From: a bacterium
GTDB taxonomy: Bacteria > SZUA-182 > DTGQ01 > JAFGSM01
Assembly (NCBI GenBank): GCA_049472355.1
Contig: JBLIRP010000086.1
Location: 1-15,703 of the forward strand
Length of the DNA stretch: 15,703 bases
Reading direction: 5' to 3'
In this document: positions 1 to 7,528 of the stretch, piece by piece
Numbering within the stretch: the stretch's first letter is position 1
How the letters are laid out: every line of letters begins with the position of its first letter
Notes under the pieces: generated by a model
The model's database searches: none
Told to the model about the DNA's origin: nothing
Seen by the model: the letters and a program-made list of their open reading frames with translations, nothing else
Translations under genes and position numbers: made by a program

Positions 1-48
1 CTCACTTCAGCCGACGCGAAACCCGCGCGGCTGATATTGCCGTTAGGC
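1..48 (+). mobile_element. attC: Integron attC recombination site (5' end, including the R'' box, truncated by window edge)
   Basis: L''-like ACTTCAGC-CGAC (4-15). Hairpin TCAGCCG(7-13)-A14 bulge-CGCG(15-18)-loop AAACC-CGCG(24-27)-CGGCTGA(28-34). L' GCTGATA, 5-bp spacer, then a perfect R' core GTTAGGC (GTTRRRY) at 42-48. Same layout as short aadA-type attC sites, directly upstream of an ORF. Confidence 0.8.
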
Positions 49-89
49 CGTGACCGAATCTATTCACACCCGTAAGGAGATTTTCTGCA

Positions 90-836
90 TTGGATATTCC
101 ACGGATCTTCAACATCACCGAAAGTGCTCACCGCATCCACAACCCGATCACACCCGAAAAGCTCGCCACTCTCGGCGCGGCGTTGCGCCTGGAATCGGGG
201 GCCCGTGTGCTCGACCTCGGCAGCGGTTCGGGCGAGATGCTGTGCACCTGGGCACGCGATTACGGAATCATTGGCACCGGTATCGACATGAGCCAGTTGT
301 TCTCCGAGCAAGCGAAGCGTCGCGCTGAAGAACTCAATGTCACCGATCGAGTCGAGTTCATCCACGACGACGCCGCCGGCTATGTAGCCGACAAAAAGGT
401 CGGTGTGGCAGCCTGTCTCGGTGCCACGTGGATCGCCGGGGGAGTCGCCGGCACTATCGAGCTTCTGGCGCAGAGCCTGCGCACCGGAGGGATCATCCTC
501 GTCGGCGAGCCCTACTGGCGGCAGTTACCGCCGACGGAAGATGTTGCCAAAAGGTGTCTTGCCGGCTCGATCTCCGACTTTCTCCTGCTTCCAGAACTTC
601 TCGCGTCTTTCGGCCACCGCGACTACGACGTCGTGGAAATGGTTCTGGCAGACCAAGACGGCTGGGACAGATACGAGGCGGCCAAGTGGCTCACCATGCG
701 CCGATGGCTTGAAGCCAATCCCGACGACGAGCTCGCGAAAGATGTTCGAGCCAAAATGACCTCGGAACCCGAGCGCTACGCGGCTTACACGCGTGAATAC
801 CTGGGCTGGGGCGTGTTCGCGCTGATGACGCGCTGA
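90..836 (+). CDS. yjhP: Class I SAM-dependent methyltransferase, YjhP-like (cassette-borne)
   Basis: 248 aa, TTG start with AAGGAG RBS at 74-79. Motif I VLDLGSGSG. MDIPRIF...HRIHNP N-terminus and GWDRYEAAKWLTMRRWLEANPDD segment recognised as closely resembling E. coli YjhP. Confidence 0.88.
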   Translation: MDIPRIFNITESAHRIHNPITPEKLATLGAALRLESGARVLDLGSGSGEMLCTWARDYGIIGTGIDMSQLFSEQAKRRAEELNVTDRVEFIHDDAAGYVADKKVGVAACLGATWIAGGVAGTIELLAQSLRTGGIILVGEPYWRQLPPTEDVAKRCLAGSISDFLLLPELLASFGHRDYDVVEMVLADQDGWDRYEAAKWLTMRRWLEANPDDELAKDVRAKMTSEPERYAAYTREYLGWGVFALMTR

Positions 837-882
837 TGAGGGGATTACCGGGCGACTCAGAAAGTGGGAAAAATCCACATGC

Positions 883-979
883 GTACAACGTTCATGCACT
901 GGACCTCACTTCCCGCTGCCGCGAATTCGTGCGGGCGGTTTTGAAGTGGGCGGGAGGCCGGCGATACGCATTGTTGGCA
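883..979 (+). mobile_element. attC: Second attC site, long type, with degenerate R'' box
   Basis: GTACAAC (883-889). L'' ATGCACTGG-A-CCTC (894-907) pairs with GAGG-CCGGCG-AT (954-965), leaving two extrahelical bases (G896, A903). Inner pairings CACTTC/GAAGTG and CCGC/GCGG. GTT core at 973-975 (GTTGGCA). The R''-L'' spacing is off-consensus. Confidence 0.62.
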
Positions 980-1069
980 TGAGAGAGATGAAGATATCCA
1001 TGCCCTATAGCGGGAATGTTCGAGCAGAGACTGTAGATTCCGAGACATACATAGACAGGGAGATGAACT

Positions 1070-1531
1070 ATGTCGCAAGCGAATATGAAGTTAAAAGGTT
1101 GGCAGGCTGCAGTAGTGCTCGCTGTTCTGGTTGGACTGGTCGGGATCAGGTTTATGACGTTTCAGGACAAGACGGATGACGAGAATCTGATGCGCGATCT
1201 GGAAATGCAGCTCAAGTCGGACTATCTGCCGGAAGAGACGGAGAGGCTGCGGGCGGCCGTAGATTCCGGCGACATGGATAGGATCTCGAAAGTGGCCGAG
1301 TCTGTCACGGGCGCCAAACCGAAGATAGAGTCGGTGCAGATAAGCTCTCCGCTGCTGGATTTTTCAACCCCCAGGGATGTCGTGGTCAGGGTTGTGTATT
1401 CTCTTGCCGAAGGCACCAGAACCAGAGACAGGAAAATGCTGTATTTTCTTTACAGCCATGGCAGCATAGGGAACACATGGAGCTACCAGTACGAAACGAC
1501 GGCCGTGAGGTATTACCTGAACTTCAAGTGA
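1070..1531 (+). CDS. Hypothetical protein with N-terminal transmembrane anchor
   Basis: 153 aa ORF, AGGGAG RBS before the ATG, hydrophobic segment WQAAVVLAVLVGLVGI, natural-looking composition. No recognised family. Confidence 0.75.
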   Translation: MSQANMKLKGWQAAVVLAVLVGLVGIRFMTFQDKTDDENLMRDLEMQLKSDYLPEETERLRAAVDSGDMDRISKVAESVTGAKPKIESVQISSPLLDFSTPRDVVVRVVYSLAEGTRTRDRKMLYFLYSHGSIGNTWSYQYETTAVRYYLNFK

Positions 1532-1856
1532 TCAATCTGGCGCCGTTGGTCAGAAATTGCTGCATGGCGCAGGGCCGGCGCGATCCGGCCAGGGTGAGGA
1601 TACCCCGATTTCATGAGGCCGATGCGGGCAGATGGAGTCCCCACCATTCGTCGACTGATCCGCAAAAAGTGATCCACTGGTCGGCGGCCCCCGTCATCCT
1701 CATCGGGGAAAGCCTGATTTTGAACACGGGGCAGGATTGCTCTTCGGGGATTGCCGTACCAGGCAGCCGCGGTGACCTTCCCGTAGGGGGAAAGTTGAGC
1801 AAATTCCGCATATATTCATTTTTCCTCAAGAGGGTAGTTTATTTATTATTGAAATG

Positions 1857-1865
1857 TGATATAGT
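1857..1865 (+). promoter_or_regulatory. Candidate extended -10 sigma70 promoter for the RRM gene
   Basis: TG-A-TATAGT within an AT-rich patch (1811-1880), about 120 nt upstream of the RRM start codon. Confidence 0.4.
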
Positions 1866-1883
1866 AAAAACAGATATGATGTC

Positions 1884-1958
1884 GGCATACACGATGGCTG
1901 CCCTTTTGCCATGCATTGCTTCGCTTGAGGACAGTGGGTGATGCCAAGAGTAATCTCT
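1884..1958 (+). promoter_or_regulatory. Candidate structured 5' leader RNA (three-way junction plus small hairpin)
   Basis: P1 GGCAT-A-CAC (1884-1892) / GTG-ATGCC (1938-1945). P2 ATGGC (1894-1898) / GCCAT (1908-1912). P3 CATTG-CTTC / GAGG-A-CAGTG (1914-1936). Then AGAG-TAAT-CTCT (1947-1958). Confidence 0.4.
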
Positions 1959-1981
1959 ATTCACTTTATAAGGGGGTCAGT

Positions 1982-2311
1982 ATGAATATCTACGTGGGCA
2001 ACCTGTCACCCGACGTCACCGAAGAAGATCTGCGGCAGGTTTTTGAGCCCTTCGGGCAGATCGCGTCAGTGAGCGTTATCAAGGACAAGTTCAGTGGCGA
2101 ATCACGAGGATTCGGCTTCATAGAAATGCCCTCCAAGAACGAGGCGCAGGCCGCAATCACTGGCGTCAACGGCAAGGAGTTGAAGGGGCGGCAGCTCAAT
2201 GTGAATGAGGCCCGTCCGCGGCCCGAAGGCCGTCGTGGTGGTGGCGGAAGACCAGGCGGCGGTGGTGGTGGCGGCGGATTCAGGAGAGGGGGCGGAGGGC
2301 GTTATTCATAA
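1982..2311 (+). CDS. RNA recognition motif (RRM/RNP-1) RNA-binding protein with Gly/Arg-rich tail
   Basis: 109 aa from ATG 1982 (AGGGGG RBS). RNP2 IYVGNL, RNP1 RGFGFIEM, LNVNEARPR, followed by a glycine/arginine-rich C-terminus. Confidence 0.95.
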   Translation: MNIYVGNLSPDVTEEDLRQVFEPFGQIASVSVIKDKFSGESRGFGFIEMPSKNEAQAAITGVNGKELKGRQLNVNEARPRPEGRRGGGGRPGGGGGGGGFRRGGGGRYS

Positions 2312-2603
2312 TAAGCGACACCAAGCCACATAGGGTTGATAAACACGGGCATTGACCATATCACCCCAAGGCAACGCAATTAAACGGATATAATCATTCC
2401 CGGATCTGTCTCCACAGGAGATCTTTTCCCATTCCTTGATTAATCATGAAGGTATAGGTCTGTCCGGGCCAGCCGGCCTCTTTGGACGCGCACGTACCCT
2501 CCCGATGCGAATGGGGCATGGAGAAGCTGTGGCCTGAATCCGGGGATGCCGATTGTCCGGTGTATCCCTTTTCAAGCAGACGGTTTCACCCTGGATGATC
2601 CCT

Positions 2604-2630
2604 GCGGCAGGGACGGAGCATCCCTGCCGC
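2604..2630. repeat. Perfect 10-bp inverted repeat (GC-rich hairpin), intergenic
   Basis: GCGGCAGGGA (2604-2613), 7-nt loop, TCCCTGCCGC (2621-2630). No poly-T tail. Confidence 0.6.
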
Positions 2631-2771
2631 CTGTATTCCATTAAAACCGCTGGGCGCCCGATCGGAATCGCTTCGACACGGCATGCACAGGCCCTGCACG
2701 ATTGCATTCTGCCGCACTGGTATCCGGTGCCGGATGTTGGTATATAGGCAATGAAGGGAGGGTGAAGGGGC

Positions 2772-3269
2772 ATGACCGATGTGCCAATGCAAGAGAAGAA
2801 CGGCGAGCATCCCTTCGGCGATACCGGGCAGTTGATTGCCCTCGGGGCCTTTCTGGTGGTCTGGGTGGGGGATTCCTTTTTCCTGCGCGCATCCACAATC
2901 CTTTCGGACATCGTGTCACTGTCTGTTCGCCTTGCATTATCCGCCCTTGTCCTCGTCTTGGCGGTCTGTCTTGCCATCTCAGGCCATAAGGTGGTCTGCC
3001 GCAAACATAATCCCACCGGTGTGGTTTCAACCGGCGTCTTTCGATATGTACGGCATCCCTTGTATTTGGGAATCATCCTGCTCTACCTCGGTCTGTGCAT
3101 TGCCACGGCCTCGCTTTTCTCCGTTGTTGTGCTCACGGCGATCATCTTTTTTTACAACTACATTGCCGGCTATGAGGAGATGCTTCTCGATGCGCGCTAC
3201 GGGGAGGGGTATCGCCGATACAGGAAGGGAACAGGGAGGTGGCTGCCCAGGATTGGCCGCAGTGATTAA
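2772..3269 (+). CDS. Isoprenylcysteine carboxylmethyltransferase (ICMT/PEMT) family membrane protein
   Basis: 165 aa with several TM helices. Signature GVFRYVRHPLYLG and C-terminal EEMLLDARYGEGYRRYRKGTGRWLP. Purine-rich RBS. Confidence 0.9.
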   Translation: MTDVPMQEKNGEHPFGDTGQLIALGAFLVVWVGDSFFLRASTILSDIVSLSVRLALSALVLVLAVCLAISGHKVVCRKHNPTGVVSTGVFRYVRHPLYLGIILLYLGLCIATASLFSVVVLTAIIFFYNYIAGYEEMLLDARYGEGYRRYRKGTGRWLPRIGRSD

Positions 3270-3687
3270 TGGGGTGTACTGACTGGTAGGGCCATTGATG
3301 CCAATCCGGGGCCCCTGGTGATGGCCTCATCAGGGAGGTTGTCACCTCCTGGCGGTTGCTGCTCGGGATCAGGGGCAAGGGGGGCATCCCATCATCCCGG
3401 TGGAACTGGGATTACCGGCTCCGGTATGCCCTTCCGGTTGCCGTTGATGTAAAGAACAACTCCTTGCAGGGAATTGATGCACTCATGATTCATGGTCCAT
3501 TTCCGGTCCTTGTTCATTCAAAAAAATGTCGATATAGAATTGTGGGCACACGATCGCTTGGAACAGGTGAGCGGTGTGCAGAATTGAGGGCCCCACCGGG
3601 TCGTTACCTTCTTATCCGCTAAATCGGCTGCAATATCGCCTGTAGCACTCAAAGATCGCGTGCTTCAAAAACAGGGAGAGAGGACCC

Positions 3688-5019
3688 ATGGCCGAGCGGT
3701 ATAAGCTTTTATTTCACGGTGAAACCGTCGAGGGACAGGACTGCGAAACCGTGAAACGGAACCTGGCCGCGCTTTTCAGGATCGATGCCGAAAAAATCAA
3801 CCGGTTGTTTTCCACATTGCCGATCACCATCAAAAAGGATGTTGATCGTGCCACTGCCGAACAGTACAGGAATGTGCTGGAAAAGGCAGGCGCCCTGTGC
3901 CGGATTGAGCCGATGGAGGAGGATCCGAAGATGGCCCCGTCTCCTCAGGAGCAACCGGAGGGGCAGCGGTTTCAGTATGAGGTGGTATTTTATGGGGAGT
4001 GCATAAAGGGATTTCCCTTTCCCGCAGTCAAGCAGGGACTGGCCGACATCTACAAGACGGACCTGGAGAAAATCGACGAGCTTTTGTCACGTTTGCCGGT
4101 AGTCGTGAAACGAAACGTCGACCTGGAAACCGCAACCCACTATCAGGGCATGATGAGACAGATCGGGGCCAATTGCCTGATCAGGCCCATACTCCCTCCG
4201 CAGGGACAGTCAGGAACAGGGCCCTGCCGGACGGAGAAAGGGGCGGGGCCGGCCTCACCTTCCGCGCCTGCCGAGGCTCAGCACACAATTCAGCATGCAG
4301 GGGCTGCTACTCCCGTATCCGGCAACGGAGCCGGGAACGCCCCTTCCGATCGCCCTGTGAGGCAGGCGGATGCGTACCCTTTATCGTCCCCTGAGCAGGG
4401 GATGCCTGCGTCCGCGATGACGGACCCCGGGGGGCATGAAGGACGCCTCCATGTCCTCTTTCATGTCGGCTGCACGGTGCGGCGGGAGATGCAGAAGGTC
4501 ATTCTGGGATCTGCTGTTATCGGGGGGATTGCCGGATATATGTGGGGCGGTCTCTATGATCCGTGGGGCGGATCGGGCATGGCTGCGGCCGTGCTCAATC
4601 TCTTTCTGTTCGGCGGGTGGGCCTGCGTGGAATCATTCGCCCTGGTCTGTGCCCGGGATCTGCTGCGGGTGAGGTCTCGTTCATGGCTTATTGCTGCGGG
4701 GGCAACCGTGGGCGGGCTCTGGGTCGGTGTCTTTTCCGCGCTCCGGATGAGCGCAAATCCGTTGTTGCCCGGCTCCCTCGGTACGAACATGGCGTTTGGC
4801 CTCATCGTGGGAATGTTGATTGGAATCGCTATCAGTGCACTGTATGCCGTCGGGATGAGCGGCATGGTGCTCGATGCCGCCGAAGAAAGCGGCTCCGTAA
4901 GGGAGCCCCATCGTCGTCCGGGGCCTTTCCTTGCCTGGAAGGTGCTCATCGGCTGCGGCGTGGGGTGCATTCTTCTGGTGTTTGTCGTACTGACCGCCCT
5001 TGCCTTTTTCTTCGGTTAA
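3688..5019 (+). CDS. Hypothetical membrane protein: two tandem ~70-aa soluble domains, Pro/Ala-rich linker, C-terminal multi-TM region
   Basis: 443 aa, GAGAGGA RBS. Repeat 1 YKLLFHGE..VKRNLAALF..LPITIKKDVDRATAEQYRNVLEKAGALCRI aligns with repeat 2 YEVVFYGE..VKQGLADIY..LPVVVKRNVDLETATHYQGMMRQIGANCLI. About 5 hydrophobic helices after residue ~270. Confidence 0.85.
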   Translation: MAERYKLLFHGETVEGQDCETVKRNLAALFRIDAEKINRLFSTLPITIKKDVDRATAEQYRNVLEKAGALCRIEPMEEDPKMAPSPQEQPEGQRFQYEVVFYGECIKGFPFPAVKQGLADIYKTDLEKIDELLSRLPVVVKRNVDLETATHYQGMMRQIGANCLIRPILPPQGQSGTGPCRTEKGAGPASPSAPAEAQHTIQHAGAATPVSGNGAGNAPSDRPVRQADAYPLSSPEQGMPASAMTDPGGHEGRLHVLFHVGCTVRREMQKVILGSAVIGGIAGYMWGGLYDPWGGSGMAAAVLNLFLFGGWACVESFALVCARDLLRVRSRSWLIAAGATVGGLWVGVFSALRMSANPLLPGSLGTNMAFGLIVGMLIGIAISALYAVGMSGMVLDAAEESGSVREPHRRPGPFLAWKVLIGCGVGCILLVFVVLTALAFFFG

Positions 5020-5127
5020 GAGGCCCTTCATCTCACAATCCAACCGGACGATCGATCCCCTTCTCATGAAGCGCTGAGGGCATATCCCTTCTATCAGCAG
5101 TTCCAATGTTGATACTGCATTTGTGCA

Positions 5128-5143
5128 GGCAGACATGTCTGCC
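5128..5143. repeat. Perfect 16-bp palindrome, intergenic
   Basis: GGCAGACATGTCTGCC reads identically on both strands. Confidence 0.6.
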
Positions 5144-5475
5144 CATACCCCCCGGCCCGGATGGTGCAATGAGAGAGGTGCCGACGGTGTGCATGCGGAC
5201 TCGCAACCGTACGGCACGCTCGCTATGCTGTGCTCAGGAGGAGTCCTGGTGCGGTAGCTGCCTATTGCATCACACGAAAAAAGGTATTAAAGTGCACCGT
5301 ATGCATTCCCTATGCTTGAGTGGTGGACCGGGTTGGTGCACCGGAAGGGTTGCCCTGTGCCATCCGGCCTGATTGGCTGTGTTATGCCCGGGTTTTCAGT
5401 GCGATACCGATGTTTTTTCACCAGGACTATAAATACACCGGTTTCCTCCTCATAAGAGAGGAGAGGGGAGATGGT

Positions 5476-6144
5476 ATGAAAAGGGTTATTGCTCTTTTGT
5501 GTATGGCATTGGCACTGCTGTGGCGTCCTGCGTTTGCTGAGGATGGCAAGGCGATCGTCTTTGCCGTGGAGCAGGGGAAGCCCGTTGCGATGAGCCTGGT
5601 CGAGAAGGCTGATTACGTGGCCTTTGCGGTGACCATTGTGAGCAAACAGAAGGAGTCCGAGGATGAGTTCAGGGAAATCGGCGAGGCACGGCAGCACCTC
5701 ATCCGGGAGGCGCAGAAGAATAAGAAAATAAGGGTCTACAATGGCCCCATCTATCTTTCCTCCACCTCGAATTCTCAGCCGTCGTTTTCTTACAGCTCCT
5801 CTCAGGTGACGGTCAACCTTTTGATCCCCATTGCCGAGGCAAATGGGGATGTCTTCAAGGCAGCCTCCGCGATCACCGACCTGGTGCAGGGCATTCAACC
5901 GCCGGGCAGGGCTGCCTATTCCCTGTCACCGTTGAAACTGGCGGTGGAGAACCCGGACCGTTACAGGGCAAAGCTCCTGAACATGATTTACGCTGACACC
6001 CGTTCCATGCAATCCATGTTCAACAAGCCGATAAAGTGCTTCATTGCGGGGTTAGAGAACCCGGTTACGGTGACACAGTACGACTTCACCCACGTGGAGC
6101 TTTTCATCAACTATACGTTATCCATCGAGTTAATGAGTGACTGA
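5476..6144 (+). CDS. Exported hypothetical protein (possible distant SIMPL/DUF541-like)
   Basis: 222 aa from ATG 5476 (GAGGGGAG RBS). Sec signal peptide MKRVIALLCMALALLWRPAFA. ADYVAFAVTIVS followed by an amphipathic helix is reminiscent of SIMPL proteins, but this family guess is weak. Confidence 0.75.
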   Translation: MKRVIALLCMALALLWRPAFAEDGKAIVFAVEQGKPVAMSLVEKADYVAFAVTIVSKQKESEDEFREIGEARQHLIREAQKNKKIRVYNGPIYLSSTSNSQPSFSYSSSQVTVNLLIPIAEANGDVFKAASAITDLVQGIQPPGRAAYSLSPLKLAVENPDRYRAKLLNMIYADTRSMQSMFNKPIKCFIAGLENPVTVTQYDFTHVELFINYTLSIELMSD

Positions 6145-6222
6145 TACGCAACCGCTGTGTACCCGAGGCGGCCGATATTTGAATTATTGGAATAAGAGAT
6201 GCGGGAGTATGGGTGTAAAGTG

Positions 6223-6606
6223 ATGGACAAGCCCTTCACCATTTCAGAACGGATAAAGAGTTTCAGCCATGCCTTCAACGGCATCTTCGTCATGCTGCAA
6301 TCCCAGCATAATGCCTGGATTCACGCCCTTGCCTCAATCCTGATATGTATAGCAGGATTCTCATTCGGACTGAACAGATATGAGTGGTGCTGGATCGTAC
6401 TGGCCATCATCTCGGTGTGGACCGCGGAGGCCCTCAATACCGCGTTCGAGTTTCTCGCTGATGCGGCATCACCCGACTATCATCCGCTGGTGAAGAAGGC
6501 AAAGGATGTCGCCGCGGGCGCAGTGCTCATCACCGCAATCGGCGCCGCGGTCATCGGTGTCCTGGTCATCGGCCCCTATGTATTGAAGGTATGGGGAGTC
6601 ATCTGA
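6223..6606 (+). CDS. dgkA: Diacylglycerol/undecaprenol kinase (DgkA family)
   Basis: Motifs SFSHAFNGI, HNAWIH, AEALNTAFEFLAD and KKAKDVAAGAVL, with three TM helices. The start could alternatively be 6199 or 6220. Confidence 0.92.
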   Translation: MDKPFTISERIKSFSHAFNGIFVMLQSQHNAWIHALASILICIAGFSFGLNRYEWCWIVLAIISVWTAEALNTAFEFLADAASPDYHPLVKKAKDVAAGAVLITAIGAAVIGVLVIGPYVLKVWGVI

Positions 6607-6633
6607 TAAAAAACATCACCTCAGGAGGTAACC

Positions 6634-6807
6634 ATGGTTCTCATCAACTTCAGCAGCGAAGAGCTGACAATGCTCAAGGAGATCCTCGAAAGTTACCTCT
6701 CGGACCTCAGGATGGAGATCGCGGATACCGACAGCAAGGACTTCCGCGATGTCCTGAAGAAGAGAGAACATTTTTTGACTGAAATGATTACCCTGCTGAA
6801 CCGATAG
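6634..6807 (+). CDS. Small helical hypothetical protein (57 aa), absent from the ORF track
   Basis: AGGAGG RBS (6623-6628) before ATG 6634. MVLINFSSEELTMLKEILESYLSDLRMEIADTDSKDFRDVLKKREHFLTEMITLLNR, ending TAG 6805-6807. Starts 27 nt after the dgkA stop. Confidence 0.85.
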   Translation: MVLINFSSEELTMLKEILESYLSDLRMEIADTDSKDFRDVLKKREHFLTEMITLLNR

Positions 6808-7053
6808 GCAGGGGAAATCAACCCGGATTCTCATCCTCGATAGCGGAAACATCGGATATCACCAAAGGGCCGCCCGGTGACCTTCTTCCATCCATGTCAT
6901 CTTCTGGCTGCGCGCGCGGTGTTCCGGCGGGACGGCTTTCCGCTCATCGATGTTGCCGGCAAGAATTTAGAGTCGAGCGGCAGGAGGAGGCTGTCCTCAT
7001 TACCAAGACCAAGTGTCTTAAGGAAGAAGCCCATAAACGATAGAAGAGGTGCC

Positions 7054-7221
7054 ATGGGTACACGTGTTAAAACAAAATCGGTTGCCGCCCTGATCCTCCT
7101 GGGGATCGTGGATGCGGCGATTCCTGTGCCCGTCATCGGAATACTGCTCATCATCGTCATATACACCAGACCGCCGTGGTTCAGGAAGGTCGTCGCGGAG
7201 ATTTACCGCGGGTCCGGTTAG
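7054..7221 (+). CDS. Small membrane protein (55 aa)
   Basis: GAGGT RBS before ATG 7054. Hydrophobic hairpin ALILLGIVDAAIPVPVIGILLIIVIY followed by RPPWF. Confidence 0.75.
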   Translation: MGTRVKTKSVAALILLGIVDAAIPVPVIGILLIIVIYTRPPWFRKVVAEIYRGSG

Positions 7222-7528
7222 CCTTCGATGGTATGCGCGGTGTTGGGGGCCTGAGGTATTCCCGCTTATCGGCGAATATACTATACAAAACGGTTAGGGG
7301 ATGGTGCGGATTATACCATTACGAACATGGGCAATCGAACAAAAATCCCCATTTTTCCGTTAAAATAACAAGGGGTGGTATACTGCCTTGCCCACAGGGA
7401 TGCGGAACGTATTGCGAGTCGGGTGAGGGGTGCATGTGCGGGTGCTCGTGGCAGTTGCGGGAAGGGGTGTACCGGCGGATAGAGGCCCCGGCATGAAAAG
7501 GTTGCGGAGGATATACGGGAAAGAAGAC

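Noticed and set aside
1532..1800. Possible third attC after ORF 1070-1531 (GGCCGG-CGCGAT-CCGGCC hairpin, GTTGG)
   Set aside because: No AAC...GTT frame with paired L boxes at the right spacing. Only a short GC hairpin.
2444..3076. Minus-strand ORFs overlapping the ICMT gene and intergenic region
   Set aside because: They overlap a well-supported + strand gene and have no recognisable protein features.
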